Positions 34,661 to 48,321 of a stretch of 64,000 nucleotides of DNA are shown here, piece by piece. Origin of the DNA: an uncultured Candidatus Pelagibacter sp. (GTDB lineage: Bacteria; Pseudomonadota; Alphaproteobacteria; Pelagibacterales; Pelagibacteraceae); NCBI RefSeq assembly GCF_943788075.1, contig NZ_CALSOW010000001.1, positions 105,128 through 169,127 on the forward strand, read 5' to 3'. Both the position numbers and the translations under genes were made by a program. Under the pieces are notes generated by a model that was not told where the DNA came from, searched no databases, and was given only the letters and a program-made list of their open reading frames with translations. The number at the start of each line of letters is the position of its first letter. Positions within the stretch are counted from its first letter, which is position 1.

Positions 34661-37570
34661 TTATTCAAAAACCTTATTAATTATTTCTTGTTGTTGAGAA
34701 ATGTGCCTCTTCGCATATCCGGTTGCTGGAGATGCATCAGGGCTTCTTCCTATATAAGAAATTTCGTTATTATTAGCCTTAATAGTATCTAATGTCCATT
34801 GGATATAATCTCTGACCGAAAACCAAGCGCCCATATTTTTAGGCTCTTCCTGGCACCAAAAAAACTTAGCTTTTTCAGCATATGGTTTAAGCTCTTTCAC
34901 AAGAGTTTTTGCTGGAAATGGATAAAGTTGTTCTATTCTAAATAAAATTACATCGTCTTTTTTTAATTTTTCTCTAGCTTCTAATAAATCAAAATAAACT
35001 TTTCCTGAACACATAATTACTTTTTTAATTTTGGAACTTTCTTTTAATTTTATAAAACCTTTGGTTTGTGGATCTATTGCATGATCCCAAAGTATCCTAT
35101 GAAAAGAATTCAACTTACTAAAATCTTCAAGATTTGAAACACAATATTTATTTCTAAGTAGAGATTTTGGTGTCATCATGATTAAGGGCTTTCTAAAATC
35201 TCTATGCATTTGTCTTCTGAGGGCATGAAAATAATTTGCAGGTGTTGTGCAATTCATAACTTGCATATTATCATTAGAACACAACTGTAAGAATCGCTCT
35301 AATCTAGCAGATGAATGTTCTGGACCTTGACCTTCATAACCATGAGGCAATAGCATTACCAATCCAGAGGCTCTTCTCCATTTTCTCTCTCCTGATGCAA
35401 TAAATTGATCAATTACAACCTGTGCACCATTTGCAAAATCACCAAACTGTGCCTCCCATAAGGTAAGAGTATTAGGTTCAACCAAACTATAACCATACTC
35501 AAATCCTAAAACTGCCAATTCTGATAAAAAACTATCAACAACTTCAAATTGTTTTTGGGTGTTTGAAATATTATTCAAAGGAACGTATCGACTATTATTT
35601 TTTTGATTTCTTAAAACTGAATGTCTCTGACTAAAAGTTCCTCTCCCAGAATCTTGACCAACTAATCTTACTGGATATCCTTCTTCTAATAAAGATCCAA
35701 ATGCTAAAGCTTCAGCAGTAGACCAATCAATATTTTGCCCTTTTTTAACGGACTCCTTTCTAATATTTAATATTTTGACTATTGTTTTATGTAAATTTAA
35801 TTCATCAGAAGATGAATTTATTTTTTCTGAAATTTCTAATAGCTTTTTGGTATCTGCACCTGTTACCCCTCTTTTATCTTTTCCTTTTTCAGGCTTATAA
35901 GCTGACCACGTACCTTCAAACCAAGCAATTTTTGGTTTATAATCTTTTGCATTTTTAAATTGATCGTCAAGCAAATTTTTAAAAGTTTTGATCGAATTGT
36001 CTAAACTTTCACTTGATATAATATTTTCATCTACTAGTTTTTTTCCATAAACTTTTATTGTAGAGGGATGAGATCTAATTTTTTCATACATTAGAGGTTG
36101 GGTAAATGCTGGTTCGTCTCCTTCGTTATGACCAAACCTTCTATAACAAATCAGATCTACAACTACATCTCTATTAAACTTTAATCTAAACTCGGTTGCT
36201 ATTCTAGCTGCATAAACAACTGCTTCTGGATCGTCTCCATTAGCATGAATTATTGGAGCATCGACCATTTTTGCTATGTCAGAAGGATATGGTGAAGATC
36301 TCGCAAATCTTGGGCTAGTAGTAAATCCTATCTGATTATTAACTATTATATGAATTGTACCACCAGTATTGTGACCAGGTAATCCGGACATTGCAAAACA
36401 TTCAGCTACAACACCTTGGCCAGCAAATGCTGCGTCACCATGAATTAAAATTGGTATTACTTTGTTTCTTTGTTTATCTTTGTGAAAATATTGTTTTGCT
36501 CTAGTTTGCCCAAGCACAACTGGATTAACAGCCTCTAAATGTGATGGATTATCAGTTAAACTCACATGAACTGAATTTCCGTCAAACTCTCTATTAGATG
36601 AAGCACCTAAATGATATTTTACATCTCCTGCACCCTCATCTGATGAAGTTGCAAATTCTCCAGCAAACTCATTAAATATTCTTTTATATGACTTTTGTAA
36701 TACGTTGGCTAAAACATTTAGTCTCCCTCTATGTGACATACCAATCTTAACTTCTTTTACTTGTGACTGACCACTAATCTTAATAATCTGTTCTAAAGCA
36801 GGTATTAAGCTTTCACCTCCATCTAATCCAAACCTTTTAGTCCCAACATATTTTGTATGAAGAAATTTTTCAAAACCTTCAGCTTGAATTAATTTGTTTA
36901 AAATTGCTTCTTTACCATTTTTAGTAAAATTTAAATTATCTTCTGATTTTTCAATTCTATCTCTAAACCATTTTCTCTCAGTAGGATTTGATATATGCAT
37001 ATATTCATAACCAACTGGTCCACAATAAGTTTTTTTTAAAAAACTTAATATATCTTTAATATTTGAATTCTGTTTGTTGATTACTCCACCAAGATAAATA
37101 TTTTTTTGATAATCATTTTTTTTAAAACCAAAAGACTCTGGATGAAGCTCGTCTAAATAATCTGATTGAATCAATTCAAGTGGGTCAAGTTTAGCAATAA
37201 GATGTCCTCGTTGTCTATATGACCTAATCATTGAGACAGCTTTTATCGAGTCTTCGTTTGATCCAGATGAATTTAAATTTACACTACCATTCTCAGAAAC
37301 GTTGCCATTGAAATTATGATCTTCTTGATCAATTTTTTTTTGAAGTTCATCAATATCTATTGTATTTTTTTTAGGCCCCCAAGAAGGGCCATTAATTTCT
37401 TTTGCAATAATATTTAATTCTTCTCCAATTCCTTCAAAATAGTCTTTCCAACTATCTGGTAAATCTGCATCTTTATTAACAAATTTAAGGTACATTCGTT
37501 CAATAAATGCACTATTAGATTTGTTTAAAAATGAAGTTTTTTCGTATTCAAGATTTTTTGATGATGACAT
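34661..37570 (-). CDS. sucA: 2-oxoglutarate dehydrogenase E1
   Basis: HGDAAFAGQG, GHNEGD, LPHGYEGQGPEHSSAR. Confidence 0.98.
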   Translation of the reverse strand: MSSSKNLEYEKTSFLNKSNSAFIERMYLKFVNKDADLPDSWKDYFEGIGEELNIIAKEINGPSWGPKKNTIDIDELQKKIDQEDHNFNGNVSENGSVNLNSSGSNEDSIKAVSMIRSYRQRGHLIAKLDPLELIQSDYLDELHPESFGFKKNDYQKNIYLGGVINKQNSNIKDILSFLKKTYCGPVGYEYMHISNPTERKWFRDRIEKSEDNLNFTKNGKEAILNKLIQAEGFEKFLHTKYVGTKRFGLDGGESLIPALEQIIKISGQSQVKEVKIGMSHRGRLNVLANVLQKSYKRIFNEFAGEFATSSDEGAGDVKYHLGASSNREFDGNSVHVSLTDNPSHLEAVNPVVLGQTRAKQYFHKDKQRNKVIPILIHGDAAFAGQGVVAECFAMSGLPGHNTGGTIHIIVNNQIGFTTSPRFARSSPYPSDIAKMVDAPIIHANGDDPEAVVYAARIATEFRLKFNRDVVVDLICYRRFGHNEGDEPAFTQPLMYEKIRSHPSTIKVYGKKLVDENIISSESLDNSIKTFKNLLDDQFKNAKDYKPKIAWFEGTWSAYKPEKGKDKRGVTGADTKKLLEISEKINSSSDELNLHKTIVKILNIRKESVKKGQNIDWSTAEALAFGSLLEEGYPVRLVGQDSGRGTFSQRHSVLRNQKNNSRYVPLNNISNTQKQFEVVDSFLSELAVLGFEYGYSLVEPNTLTLWEAQFGDFANGAQVVIDQFIASGERKWRRASGLVMLLPHGYEGQGPEHSSARLERFLQLCSNDNMQVMNCTTPANYFHALRRQMHRDFRKPLIMMTPKSLLRNKYCVSNLEDFSKLNSFHRILWDHAIDPQTKGFIKLKESSKIKKVIMCSGKVYFDLLEAREKLKKDDVILFRIEQLYPFPAKTLVKELKPYAEKAKFFWCQEEPKNMGAWFSVRDYIQWTLDTIKANNNEISYIGRSPDASPATGYAKRHISQQQEIINKVFE

Positions 37571-37604
37571 CTATTTACTTAATATAATCCTCTAATATTA
37601 TTTT

Positions 37605-38480
37605 TCAATTTGACAATTTATTAAATAAAGTTTTTCCAATTATTGATGGCGATTTAGCGACAGTAATCCCAGATTCTTCCATTTTCTCAATCTTATCTTC
37701 AGCACCACCTTTTCCTCCTGAAATAATAGCTCCTGCATGACCCATTCTCCGTCCTGGAGGGGCCGTAATTCCTGCAATAAAACCAACAATAGGTTTTTTG
37801 ATTTTGTGATTTTTAACAAATTCTGCAGCTTCTTCCTCTGCTGTACCCCCAATTTCTCCTATCATTAAGATAGACTCTGTTTCTTCGTCATTCAAAAACA
37901 AATCTAAACAATCAACAAAATTTGTTCCATTAATTGGATCACCTCCAATACCAATACAAGTTGATTGACCTAAACCATTTTCAGTTGTTTGTGCAACTGC
38001 CTCGTAAGTAAGTGTTCCAGATCTTGATACGATTCCAACTGATCCTCTTTTATGAATATTTCCTGGCATGATTCCAATTTTGCATTCATCCGGTGTGATT
38101 ATTCCTGGACAATTTGGTCCAATCAATCTGCTCTTTGATCCATTTAATTTTTGTCTTACTTTAAGCATATCTTGAACTGGGATGCCTTCAGTAATGCAAA
38201 CAATTAATTCCACTGATGCATCAATTGCTTCAATTATAGCTGCAGCAGCAAATTTAGCAGGTACATAAATCATTGTTGCATCTGCACCTACGCTATTTTT
38301 TGCTTCAACAACACTATTAAAAACAGGTCGATCTAAATGTTTTTGTCCACCTTTTTTAGGAGTTACTCCACCAACTAAATTAGTTCCATATTTTATTGCT
38401 TGTTCAGAATGAAAAGTGCCATGAGCACCCGTGAAACCTTGGCAAATTACTTTTGTTTTTTTATTTACTAAAACAGACAT
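37605..38480 (-). CDS. sucD: Succinyl-CoA synthetase alpha
   Basis: [23 protein letters not shown]. Confidence 0.98.
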   Translation of the reverse strand: MSVLVNKKTKVICQGFTGAHGTFHSEQAIKYGTNLVGGVTPKKGGQKHLDRPVFNSVVEAKNSVGADATMIYVPAKFAAAAIIEAIDASVELIVCITEGIPVQDMLKVRQKLNGSKSRLIGPNCPGIITPDECKIGIMPGNIHKRGSVGIVSRSGTLTYEAVAQTTENGLGQSTCIGIGGDPINGTNFVDCLDLFLNDEETESILMIGEIGGTAEEEAAEFVKNHKIKKPIVGFIAGITAPPGRRMGHAGAIISGGKGGAEDKIEKMEESGITVAKSPSIIGKTLFNKLSN

Positions 38481-38481
38481 G

Positions 38482-39642
38482 TTATTTTATTGCCTCAACA
38501 ATTTTTTTTGCTGCATCATCTAAATTTTCAGCTGATATTAATTTTAATCCTGAATTATCTAATATCTTTTTTCCCTCTTTAAAATTTGTTCCTGCAAGCC
38601 TAACAACTAGTGGAACATTAATGTTTATTTCTTTTGCTGCATCAACAACTCCTTGAGCAAGAACATCACATCTCATTATTCCACCAAAAATATTTACTAA
38701 AATTCCTTTAACATTTTTATCTGACAGAATTATTTTTAGAGCAGCAGAAACTTTTTCTTTTGAGGCTCCACCACCTACATCTAAAAAGTTAGCTGGCTCT
38801 TTTCCATATAATTTAATTATATCCATAGTTGCCATAGCTAATCCTGCTCCATTAACCATACAGCCAATACTTCCATCTAACTTAATGTAAGCTAGATCAT
38901 GTTTACTTGCTTCTATCTCTGTTGGATCTTCTTCATTTAAATCTCTTAGTTCAATAATTTCTGGATGTCTAAATAAAGCATTAGAGTCGAAATTTACTTT
39001 AGCATCCAAACAGATTATTTTTTCTTCTTTAGTTAAAATTAGTGGATTAATTTCAACCATATTTGCATCTGTGTTTATAAACATTTGATAAATTGATTTT
39101 ATTAGTGAAATTGCTTGTATTTTTGAACTGTTACTTAAGCTGAAGATCTTAACTATCTCCTCACAATCTTTATCTGAGATTTCATTATTTATATCAACTT
39201 TAGTTGTTATAATTTTTTCAGGAGTATTGCTTGCTACTTCCTCAATATCCATTCCACCTTGATCACTAGATATAAAAGCTATTTTTGAACTAGCTCTATC
39301 AACTAAACAAGATAAATAAAATTCTTTATCTATATTTGAAGACTCTTCTACATATAATCTTTTAACTTCTCTTCCCTCAGGACCTGTTTGGTGAGTTACC
39401 AAAATTTTTCCCATTAGTTCTTTTGCTGCTTCACTTAATTCTTCAATAGTGTCTAAAATTTTTACACCTCCTGCTTTACCTCTACCACCGGCATGGATTT
39501 GGGCTTTTAAAACATATTTTTTTGTATTTAATGATTTTGCTTTTTCTACTAATTCATCAACTGAAAGTGCGAATACACCTTCTGGAACAGTCGCACCATA
39601 TTTCTTTAAAATTTGTTTTGCTTGATGTTCGTGAATGTTCAT
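38482..39642 (-). CDS. sucC: Succinyl-CoA synthetase beta
   Basis: [35 protein letters not shown]. Confidence 0.98.
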   Translation of the reverse strand: MNIHEHQAKQILKKYGATVPEGVFALSVDELVEKAKSLNTKKYVLKAQIHAGGRGKAGGVKILDTIEELSEAAKELMGKILVTHQTGPEGREVKRLYVEESSNIDKEFYLSCLVDRASSKIAFISSDQGGMDIEEVASNTPEKIITTKVDINNEISDKDCEEIVKIFSLSNSSKIQAISLIKSIYQMFINTDANMVEINPLILTKEEKIICLDAKVNFDSNALFRHPEIIELRDLNEEDPTEIEASKHDLAYIKLDGSIGCMVNGAGLAMATMDIIKLYGKEPANFLDVGGGASKEKVSAALKIILSDKNVKGILVNIFGGIMRCDVLAQGVVDAAKEININVPLVVRLAGTNFKEGKKILDNSGLKLISAENLDDAAKKIVEAIK

Positions 39643-39644
39643 TA

Positions 39645-42109
<2,465 letters not shown>

Positions 42110-42148
42110 GAATACGGTCTTTTAAATCAAAAAAGCTTGTTAGTCTAT

Positions 42149-42928
42149 TTAAACATTAGCTGTAGCAATCATTTTTTTTAATTCAGCAATTGCTTTTGCT
42201 GGATTCAAGCCTTTTGGACAAGCATTTGTACAATTTAGAATAGTGTGACATCTATAAAGTTTTAATTCATCTGCAACTTTTTTTAATCTTTCTTCTCTTT
42301 CTTCATCTCTACTATCTATGATCCATCTATAAGCCTGAAGAAGAACTGCAGGACCTAGATATTTATCTCCATTCCACCAATAGCTCGGGCAAGATGTTGA
42401 ACAGCACGCACACATAATACACTCATAGGCACCATCAAGTTTAGATCTTTCTTCTTTTGATTGTACTATTTCAGTCTTTTCTTTAGTTGAATTATTTTTT
42501 AACCAAGGCTCAATTGATTGATATTGTTTGTAAAGTCCATCAAGATCACCGATTAAATCTCTTTTAACTTTTAAGTGCGGTAAAGGATAAATATCTATAT
42601 CACCATCGATTTCTGCATGAGGTGTAGTGCATGCAAGACCATTTTTACCTCCCATGTTCATAGCGCAAGATCCGCAAACTCCATGTGCACATGATCTTCT
42701 GTAAGCTAATGTTGGGTCAATTTCATTTTTTATCTTATTAAGAATGTCCAAAACTTTTGAAGGACAATTATCCATATCTACCTCATAGGAATCTAATCTT
42801 GGGTTTTCCTCTGTAGATGGATCCCATCTATAAACATTAACTTTTCTTAAATTTTTTGAACCAGTTTTATCTTGATAATATTTACCTTTAGTGACTTCAG
42901 AATTTTTAGGTAAATTTATTTGAACCAT
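42149..42928 (-). CDS. sdhB: Succinate dehydrogenase Fe-S subunit
   Basis: [34 protein letters not shown]. Confidence 0.97.
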   Translation of the reverse strand: MVQINLPKNSEVTKGKYYQDKTGSKNLRKVNVYRWDPSTEENPRLDSYEVDMDNCPSKVLDILNKIKNEIDPTLAYRRSCAHGVCGSCAMNMGGKNGLACTTPHAEIDGDIDIYPLPHLKVKRDLIGDLDGLYKQYQSIEPWLKNNSTKEKTEIVQSKEERSKLDGAYECIMCACCSTSCPSYWWNGDKYLGPAVLLQAYRWIIDSRDEEREERLKKVADELKLYRCHTILNCTNACPKGLNPAKAIAELKKMIATANV

Positions 42929-44703
42929 TAATACACTCTTTCTTGTGGAGGAAAGTATTGTACTTCATTAGTTAAAGTAGATTTGTGAACTTCTCTATAA
43001 CTTATTTTTGTATTTTTGCCATCACACCAAGCTAATGTGTGTTGCATAAATTTTTCATCGTCTCTTTTTGGATAATCGTCTCTCGCATGAGCCCCTCTAC
43101 TTTCTTTTCTATGGTATGCAGAATCTACTGTGGTTATAGCTTGTCTTATAAGATTATCGAATTCTAAAGTTTCTACTAGGTCAGTGTTAAATACTAAAGA
43201 TCTATCTTTGACTGAAATAGAGTCCATTCCATCATAAGTTTTTCTGATTTCATCAACTCCTTCTTTAAGATTTTTTTCAGTTCTAAAAACTGCACATTTA
43301 GCTTGCATAGTTTTTTGCATAGCAAGTCTAAGATCTGCTGTACTGTTATCACCTTTTGCATTTCTAAGTTTATCAAATCTATCCAAACATTTTTGAGTTT
43401 CAGACTCACCAATTTCTTCATGGGGTGTTCCTGGCTTAACTAATTCAGCAGCTCTTTTTGCTGCAGCTCTACCAAACACTACTAGGTCAATAAGAGAATT
43501 AGAACCTAATCTATTAGCTCCATGAACAGAGACACATGCTGCCTCTCCAATTGCCATTAATCCAGGAACAGTTTTTTCAGAACCATTCACTGTTAGAACT
43601 TCTCCTTTATAATTTGTTGGAATGCCTCCCATATTATAGTGAACAGTAGGTACAACTGGAATTGGTTCTTTAGTAACATCAACATTTGCAAATAATCTTG
43701 CAGCATCAGTAATTCCTGGCAATCTGCTTTCAATAATTTCTTTATCTAAATGGCTTAGATTTAAATGAACATGATCTTGGTCTTTTCCAACTCCTCTTCC
43801 TTCGTTAATTTCAATAGACATTGATCTACTTACTACGTCTCTTGATGCTAAATCTTTTGCGTTAGGAGCATATCTTTCCATAAATCTCTCCCCTTTTGAA
43901 TTTGTAAGGTAACCCCCTTCACCTCTAGCTCCTTCTGTTATTAAAGTACCATGACCATATATTCCTGTTGGATGAAATTGTACAAATTCCATATCTTGCA
44001 GAGGTAGGCCAGCTCTTAACACCATTGCATTTCCATCACCCGTACATGTGTGTGCTGATGTTGCTGAATAGTAAACTTTTCCATAACCCCCTGTTGCAAC
44101 AATTACTGTATGTGCTCTAAATCTATGAATTGTTCCATCGTTTAGATTCCATGCTATTAATCCTTTGCACTCTCCATCTTTCATCAACAAATCTAAAGCA
44201 AAATATTCTATAAAAAATTCAGTGTTATGTTTTAAGGCTTGTCCATAGAGAGTATGTAATATTGCATGACCTGTTCTATCCGCTGCTGCACAAGTTCTTT
44301 GAACTATGCCATTACCATAATTTTTTGTCATTCCACCAAAAGGTCTCTGATAAATTTTACCTTCTTCAGTTCTACTAAATGGAACACCATATTTTTCTAA
44401 CTCTATTACTGCTTTTGGAGCTTCTTTGCATAAGTACTCAATACTATCTTGATCACCTAACCAATCAGCACCCTTAACAGTGTCATACATGTGCCATCTC
44501 CAATCATCTTCGCCCATATTTCCTAAAGCAGCTGAAATACCACCTTGAGCAGCAGAAGTGTGACTTCTTGTTGGAAAAACTTTTGAAATACATGCTGTTT
44601 TTAATCCAGCCTCACTTAAACCTACAGCAGCTCTTAAACCAGATCCACCTGCTCCAAGAACAACAACATCATATTCATGATCAATAATTTTGTAAGAACT
44701 CAT
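42928..44703 (-). CDS. sdhA: Succinate dehydrogenase flavoprotein
   Basis: [10 protein letters not shown] (covalent FAD His), [22 protein letters not shown]. Confidence 0.98.
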   Translation of the reverse strand: MSSYKIIDHEYDVVVLGAGGSGLRAAVGLSEAGLKTACISKVFPTRSHTSAAQGGISAALGNMGEDDWRWHMYDTVKGADWLGDQDSIEYLCKEAPKAVIELEKYGVPFSRTEEGKIYQRPFGGMTKNYGNGIVQRTCAAADRTGHAILHTLYGQALKHNTEFFIEYFALDLLMKDGECKGLIAWNLNDGTIHRFRAHTVIVATGGYGKVYYSATSAHTCTGDGNAMVLRAGLPLQDMEFVQFHPTGIYGHGTLITEGARGEGGYLTNSKGERFMERYAPNAKDLASRDVVSRSMSIEINEGRGVGKDQDHVHLNLSHLDKEIIESRLPGITDAARLFANVDVTKEPIPVVPTVHYNMGGIPTNYKGEVLTVNGSEKTVPGLMAIGEAACVSVHGANRLGSNSLIDLVVFGRAAAKRAAELVKPGTPHEEIGESETQKCLDRFDKLRNAKGDNSTADLRLAMQKTMQAKCAVFRTEKNLKEGVDEIRKTYDGMDSISVKDRSLVFNTDLVETLEFDNLIRQAITTVDSAYHRKESRGAHARDDYPKRDDEKFMQHTLAWCDGKNTKISYREVHKSTLTNEVQYFPPQERVY

Positions 44704-45029
44704 TAGTTAAGATTAAATAAAAAAATAATTGTTAATATTGGAATGATTATAGCAGAAATAAATAATAGTCTGTTTGCGACATATTTGATTTTATCATCAG
44801 CTATATAGTCTTCAAAAACCTCACTTATAGTTAATGAAGAAAAAAAATAAGCAAAAATAATAAACAAGCTAAATAAAAACTTAGAGGCTGGGGTAGTAAA
44901 AAATTTTACGACCTCTAAATAGTCATTGTCATAAACATTTACAAAATTAATAATAAACCAAAACATTAAAGGTAATAAAATTACAGATGATATCTTAAGG
45001 AAAACCCATTTTTTTGTTGCTAAATTCAT
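44703..45029 (-). CDS. sdhD: Succinate dehydrogenase hydrophobic anchor (contains no His)
   Basis: Three TM segments, conserved EDY, position in sdhCDAB. Confidence 0.88.
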   Translation of the reverse strand: MNLATKKWVFLKISSVILLPLMFWFIINFVNVYDNDYLEVVKFFTTPASKFLFSLFIIFAYFFSSLTISEVFEDYIADDKIKYVANRLLFISAIIIPILTIIFLFNLN

Positions 45030-45030
45030 A

Positions 45031-45414
45031 TTAAATAAAATTTTTACCCATTAAATAAATCAAAATAGTTAATAGAAATGATCCAAAAATAACCATCAGA
45101 CCTGATATACGAGTTGTTTGTAATTCAAAACCATAACCCATATCCATTATTAAATGTCTGACCTCACTTAACATTTGAAAACTAAAAGACCAAACTAATC
45201 CCAGAACAATAAATTTACCAAAAATAGAATTTAGAAATTGATTTATAAAATTGTAGTTTGCATCTCCTAAAGTTAATAAAGAAACCCAAATACAAATTAG
45301 TGTTATCGCAACGATATTAATAATTCCTGTTATTCGATGTGAAATAGATACTAGAGATGAGATGTGCCACCTATAAATCTGTATGTGTGGAGATAATGGA
45401 TTTTTATTTTCCAT
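45031..45414 (-). CDS. sdhC: Succinate dehydrogenase cytochrome b556-type subunit (heme-ligand His replaced by Gln)
   Basis: PLSPHIQIY, SISHRITG, RHLIMDMG. Confidence 0.93.
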   Translation of the reverse strand: MENKNPLSPHIQIYRWHISSLVSISHRITGIINIVAITLICIWVSLLTLGDANYNFINQFLNSIFGKFIVLGLVWSFSFQMLSEVRHLIMDMGYGFELQTTRISGLMVIFGSFLLTILIYLMGKNFI

Positions 45415-46411
45415 AAAAATTATTTTTAATTAATGTTTCTGCAATCTCTACAGCATTTAGGGCTGCGCCTCTTAAAAGATTATCTGATACAATCCACATA
45501 TTTAAACCATTAGTCACAGTTTTATCTTCTCTTATTCTTGAAATAAATGTTTCATCTTTTCCCTCAGCCTCTAAAGGCGTTGAATAACCTCCATCAGCTC
45601 TCTCATCAACTACTTTACAACCTTCAAAATTATCTAAAGCTTCTCTAACTTTTTCTAATGTAAAAGATTTTTCAAATTCTATATTAACCGCCTCTGAGTG
45701 AGAGACTAATACAGGCAATCTTACACAAGTAGCAGTTAGATCTATATCGTTATCTAAAATCTTTTTTGTTTCATTTGTCATTTTAAGCTCTTCTTTTGTA
45801 TAGCCATCATCTGCAAATACATCTATGTGAGGAATAGCATTAAAAGCAATTTGTTTTGTAAAATTTTTAGATTCAACTTTAGTGTTCTGTAAAACTTGTT
45901 TTGTTTGTTCTATCAATTCATCCATTGGAGCTTTACCTCCCCCTGAAACAGATTGATATGTTGAAACAACTATTCTTTTAATTTTAAATAAATCATGCAA
46001 AGGTTTTAGTGCTATAACGAGTTGTGCAGTTGAGCAGTTTGGATTTGCAATAATATTTTTCTTTATATCGTTTAAATGATCTGAATTTACCTGAGGCACT
46101 ATTAATGGAACATTCGGGTCCATTCTGTAAAAACTTGAATTATCAATTACCAAAGAATGCTTAGCTGCAATTTCAGCGAAATTTTCTGAAATTTTTCCTC
46201 CAGCTGCAAAAAAGGTAATTTTTACTTTTGAAAAATCAAAAGTTTCTAAATCGATTACTTCATGCTCGTTTCCATTAAAACTAATTTTAGATCCAGCACT
46301 TCTAGATGATGCTAATAAATATAAATTATCTATAGCAAGTTCTTTCTTTTCCAGAACTTCCAATATTTTTCTGCCAACATTACCAGTGGCTCCAACGATC
46401 GCTATATTCAT
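45404..46411 (-). CDS. asd: Aspartate-semialdehyde dehydrogenase
   Basis: VGATGNVG, IDNSS, ANPNCST, STYQSVSG, DNLLRGAA. Confidence 0.96.
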   Translation of the reverse strand: MNIAIVGATGNVGRKILEVLEKKELAIDNLYLLASSRSAGSKISFNGNEHEVIDLETFDFSKVKITFFAAGGKISENFAEIAAKHSLVIDNSSFYRMDPNVPLIVPQVNSDHLNDIKKNIIANPNCSTAQLVIALKPLHDLFKIKRIVVSTYQSVSGGGKAPMDELIEQTKQVLQNTKVESKNFTKQIAFNAIPHIDVFADDGYTKEELKMTNETKKILDNDIDLTATCVRLPVLVSHSEAVNIEFEKSFTLEKVREALDNFEGCKVVDERADGGYSTPLEAEGKDETFISRIREDKTVTNGLNMWIVSDNLLRGAALNAVEIAETLIKNNFYGK

Positions 46412-46430
46412 GATTTTGTTGAAGTTTATA

Positions 46431-47540
46431 CTAAATGAAAGGTAAATCGCAAACGTTTCCGTTACAAATATTACCGTTTATCTCAGCTTTAACGCTTTGA
46501 GATACTTCCCAATAAGACTTTTTCATCATGGCTATTCCTATAACTTTTCCAAAATGAGGAGAATAACACGCTGACCTCAATTCTCCGATAATATTACCAT
46601 CTTCATCTTTAAGATCTAATGATCCTGACAGATTAATTTCTTTAGCATCAAACTTAATACCCATAAGTTTTTTTTTAATCCCATCTAATTTAACTCTTTT
46701 TAATTCTTCCTTTCCTAAAAAATTGATCTCACTATCTAATGAAACATATTGATCAAATCCACATTCTAGGGGGTTATCGTTATTATCAAAATCATTCCCA
46801 TACGAAAGCAGTCCACTTTCAATTCTTTCAATTAAATTTGGGCAACCTGGTTTAACATTGAATTCTTTTCCTGCCTCAAATAGGTGGTCGTACAATTTCT
46901 GTCCTGATTTAGTATCTTGAACATATACTTCATATCCCCCTTGTTTTGACCATCCTGATCTAGCAATTAAATGCTGTACTCCTTCAAACTCGAAAAAGCT
47001 AAAACCAAAAAATTTTAGTTCTTTTATTATTTTTCCAAACACTTTCTCCATCAAGTCAAAAGATTTAGGGCCTTGAACAGCAATAATATCAACAACTGGT
47101 TCAATAATTTTAACATCAAATTTATACCCAGATGCCAAACCTTTTGCAAAAAAAATTACATCTGAGTCAGCAATCGATATCCACCATTTATCTTCTGCTA
47201 ATTTTAAAACTACTGGATCGTTCACTAAATTTCCTAACCCATCAATAATTGGACAATAATAACATCTTCCAATTTTCGATTTTGACAAATCTCTACAAGT
47301 CATCAACTGAACAAGTTTTGCAGAATCTTTTCCTTGAATTTCAACTTGTCGTTCAGCTGCAACATCCCAAACTTGAACATCTTTTTTTAAGTGCTCATAA
47401 GAGTCTGCAATAGATCCAAATGCAGCAGGTAACAACATATGATTATAGACTGTGTAAGCGGTTACGCCCTGTTTTTCTATTCTGGAAGTATAGGGAGTAC
47501 TTCTAAGTCTTCTAGATTTTGCTATTGAATAATTTTTCAT
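46431..47540 (-). CDS. dmdA: DMSP demethylase (GcvT family)
   Basis: [53 protein letters not shown] are DmdA-clade motifs; clustered with dmdB/dmdC. Confidence 0.93.
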   Translation of the reverse strand: MKNYSIAKSRRLRSTPYTSRIEKQGVTAYTVYNHMLLPAAFGSIADSYEHLKKDVQVWDVAAERQVEIQGKDSAKLVQLMTCRDLSKSKIGRCYYCPIIDGLGNLVNDPVVLKLAEDKWWISIADSDVIFFAKGLASGYKFDVKIIEPVVDIIAVQGPKSFDLMEKVFGKIIKELKFFGFSFFEFEGVQHLIARSGWSKQGGYEVYVQDTKSGQKLYDHLFEAGKEFNVKPGCPNLIERIESGLLSYGNDFDNNDNPLECGFDQYVSLDSEINFLGKEELKRVKLDGIKKKLMGIKFDAKEINLSGSLDLKDEDGNIIGELRSACYSPHFGKVIGIAMMKKSYWEVSQSVKAEINGNICNGNVCDLPFI

Positions 47541-48313
47541 TTTTGTAAAAATTCCAAAACCTTTTCTCGTATTTCAAAAGCTTTTTCAATCATTATCATA
47601 TGACCACATCCATTAACTACATGAGTAGTTGAATTATCAACCATATTTGCGAATTTTTTTCCAATCTCAATGTTAACCATTTTGTCTAATGCACCAAAGA
47701 CAAACATTGTAGCACAATCAATTGTTTTGACGGCATTTGACCCATTCATATAATTGTTACAAGCAACAAGATCTACCCCCAAAATTTCACTAATATCTTT
47801 TGGAGATTGGATTATTCTTTTAATAGGATTTCCACCTATAAATTTTTTTGAACCTTCGTAACACCACTTCATCATTAGTTTAACAGCATCTGTATCCCCA
47901 TTTAATGCTAAGTCTATTAAGTCTCTATTTACAGGCATTTTATAAGATCCCCCTATAAAGACTAATTTTTTTAATCTACTTCTATATTTATTTGAGTATT
48001 CAAGCATCTCCAAACATCCTTGGGAGTGACCAATCAAAATAACTTTCTCTAATTTTAATTTCACAAATACTTTTTCTAACCAGTCAGCAATCTCTTCAAT
48101 TGTGTGAAGACAAGGACCCTCTGAATTACCATGTCCAGGCAAATCAATTGATAATACATTAAAGTTTTTGTTAGAAAAAAATTGCTCAACTAAAGACCAA
48201 ACGATATGTGAAAGACCACTACCATGAAGAAAAATAATAGTTTCTTTTTTATGATCTAATTCTCGTCCAGCATTTGATGCATGAACACTTTTATTTTCTA
48301 GTTCGAATATCAA
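47537..48313 (-). CDS. Alpha/beta hydrolase inside the dmd operon (TTG start)
   Basis: HGSG, DLPGHG, GHSQG nucleophile, GALDKM, GCGHMIM triad motifs. Confidence 0.85.
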   Translation of the reverse strand: MIFELENKSVHASNAGRELDHKKETIIFLHGSGLSHIVWSLVEQFFSNKNFNVLSIDLPGHGNSEGPCLHTIEEIADWLEKVFVKLKLEKVILIGHSQGCLEMLEYSNKYRSRLKKLVFIGGSYKMPVNRDLIDLALNGDTDAVKLMMKWCYEGSKKFIGGNPIKRIIQSPKDISEILGVDLVACNNYMNGSNAVKTIDCATMFVFGALDKMVNIEIGKKFANMVDNSTTHVVNGCGHMIMIEKAFEIREKVLEFLQK

Positions 48314-48321
48314 ATAAATTC

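Noticed and set aside
46431-47540. Glycine cleavage T protein (gcvT)
   Set aside because: Motifs and dmdB/dmdC context fit DmdA; no gcvH or gcvP nearby.
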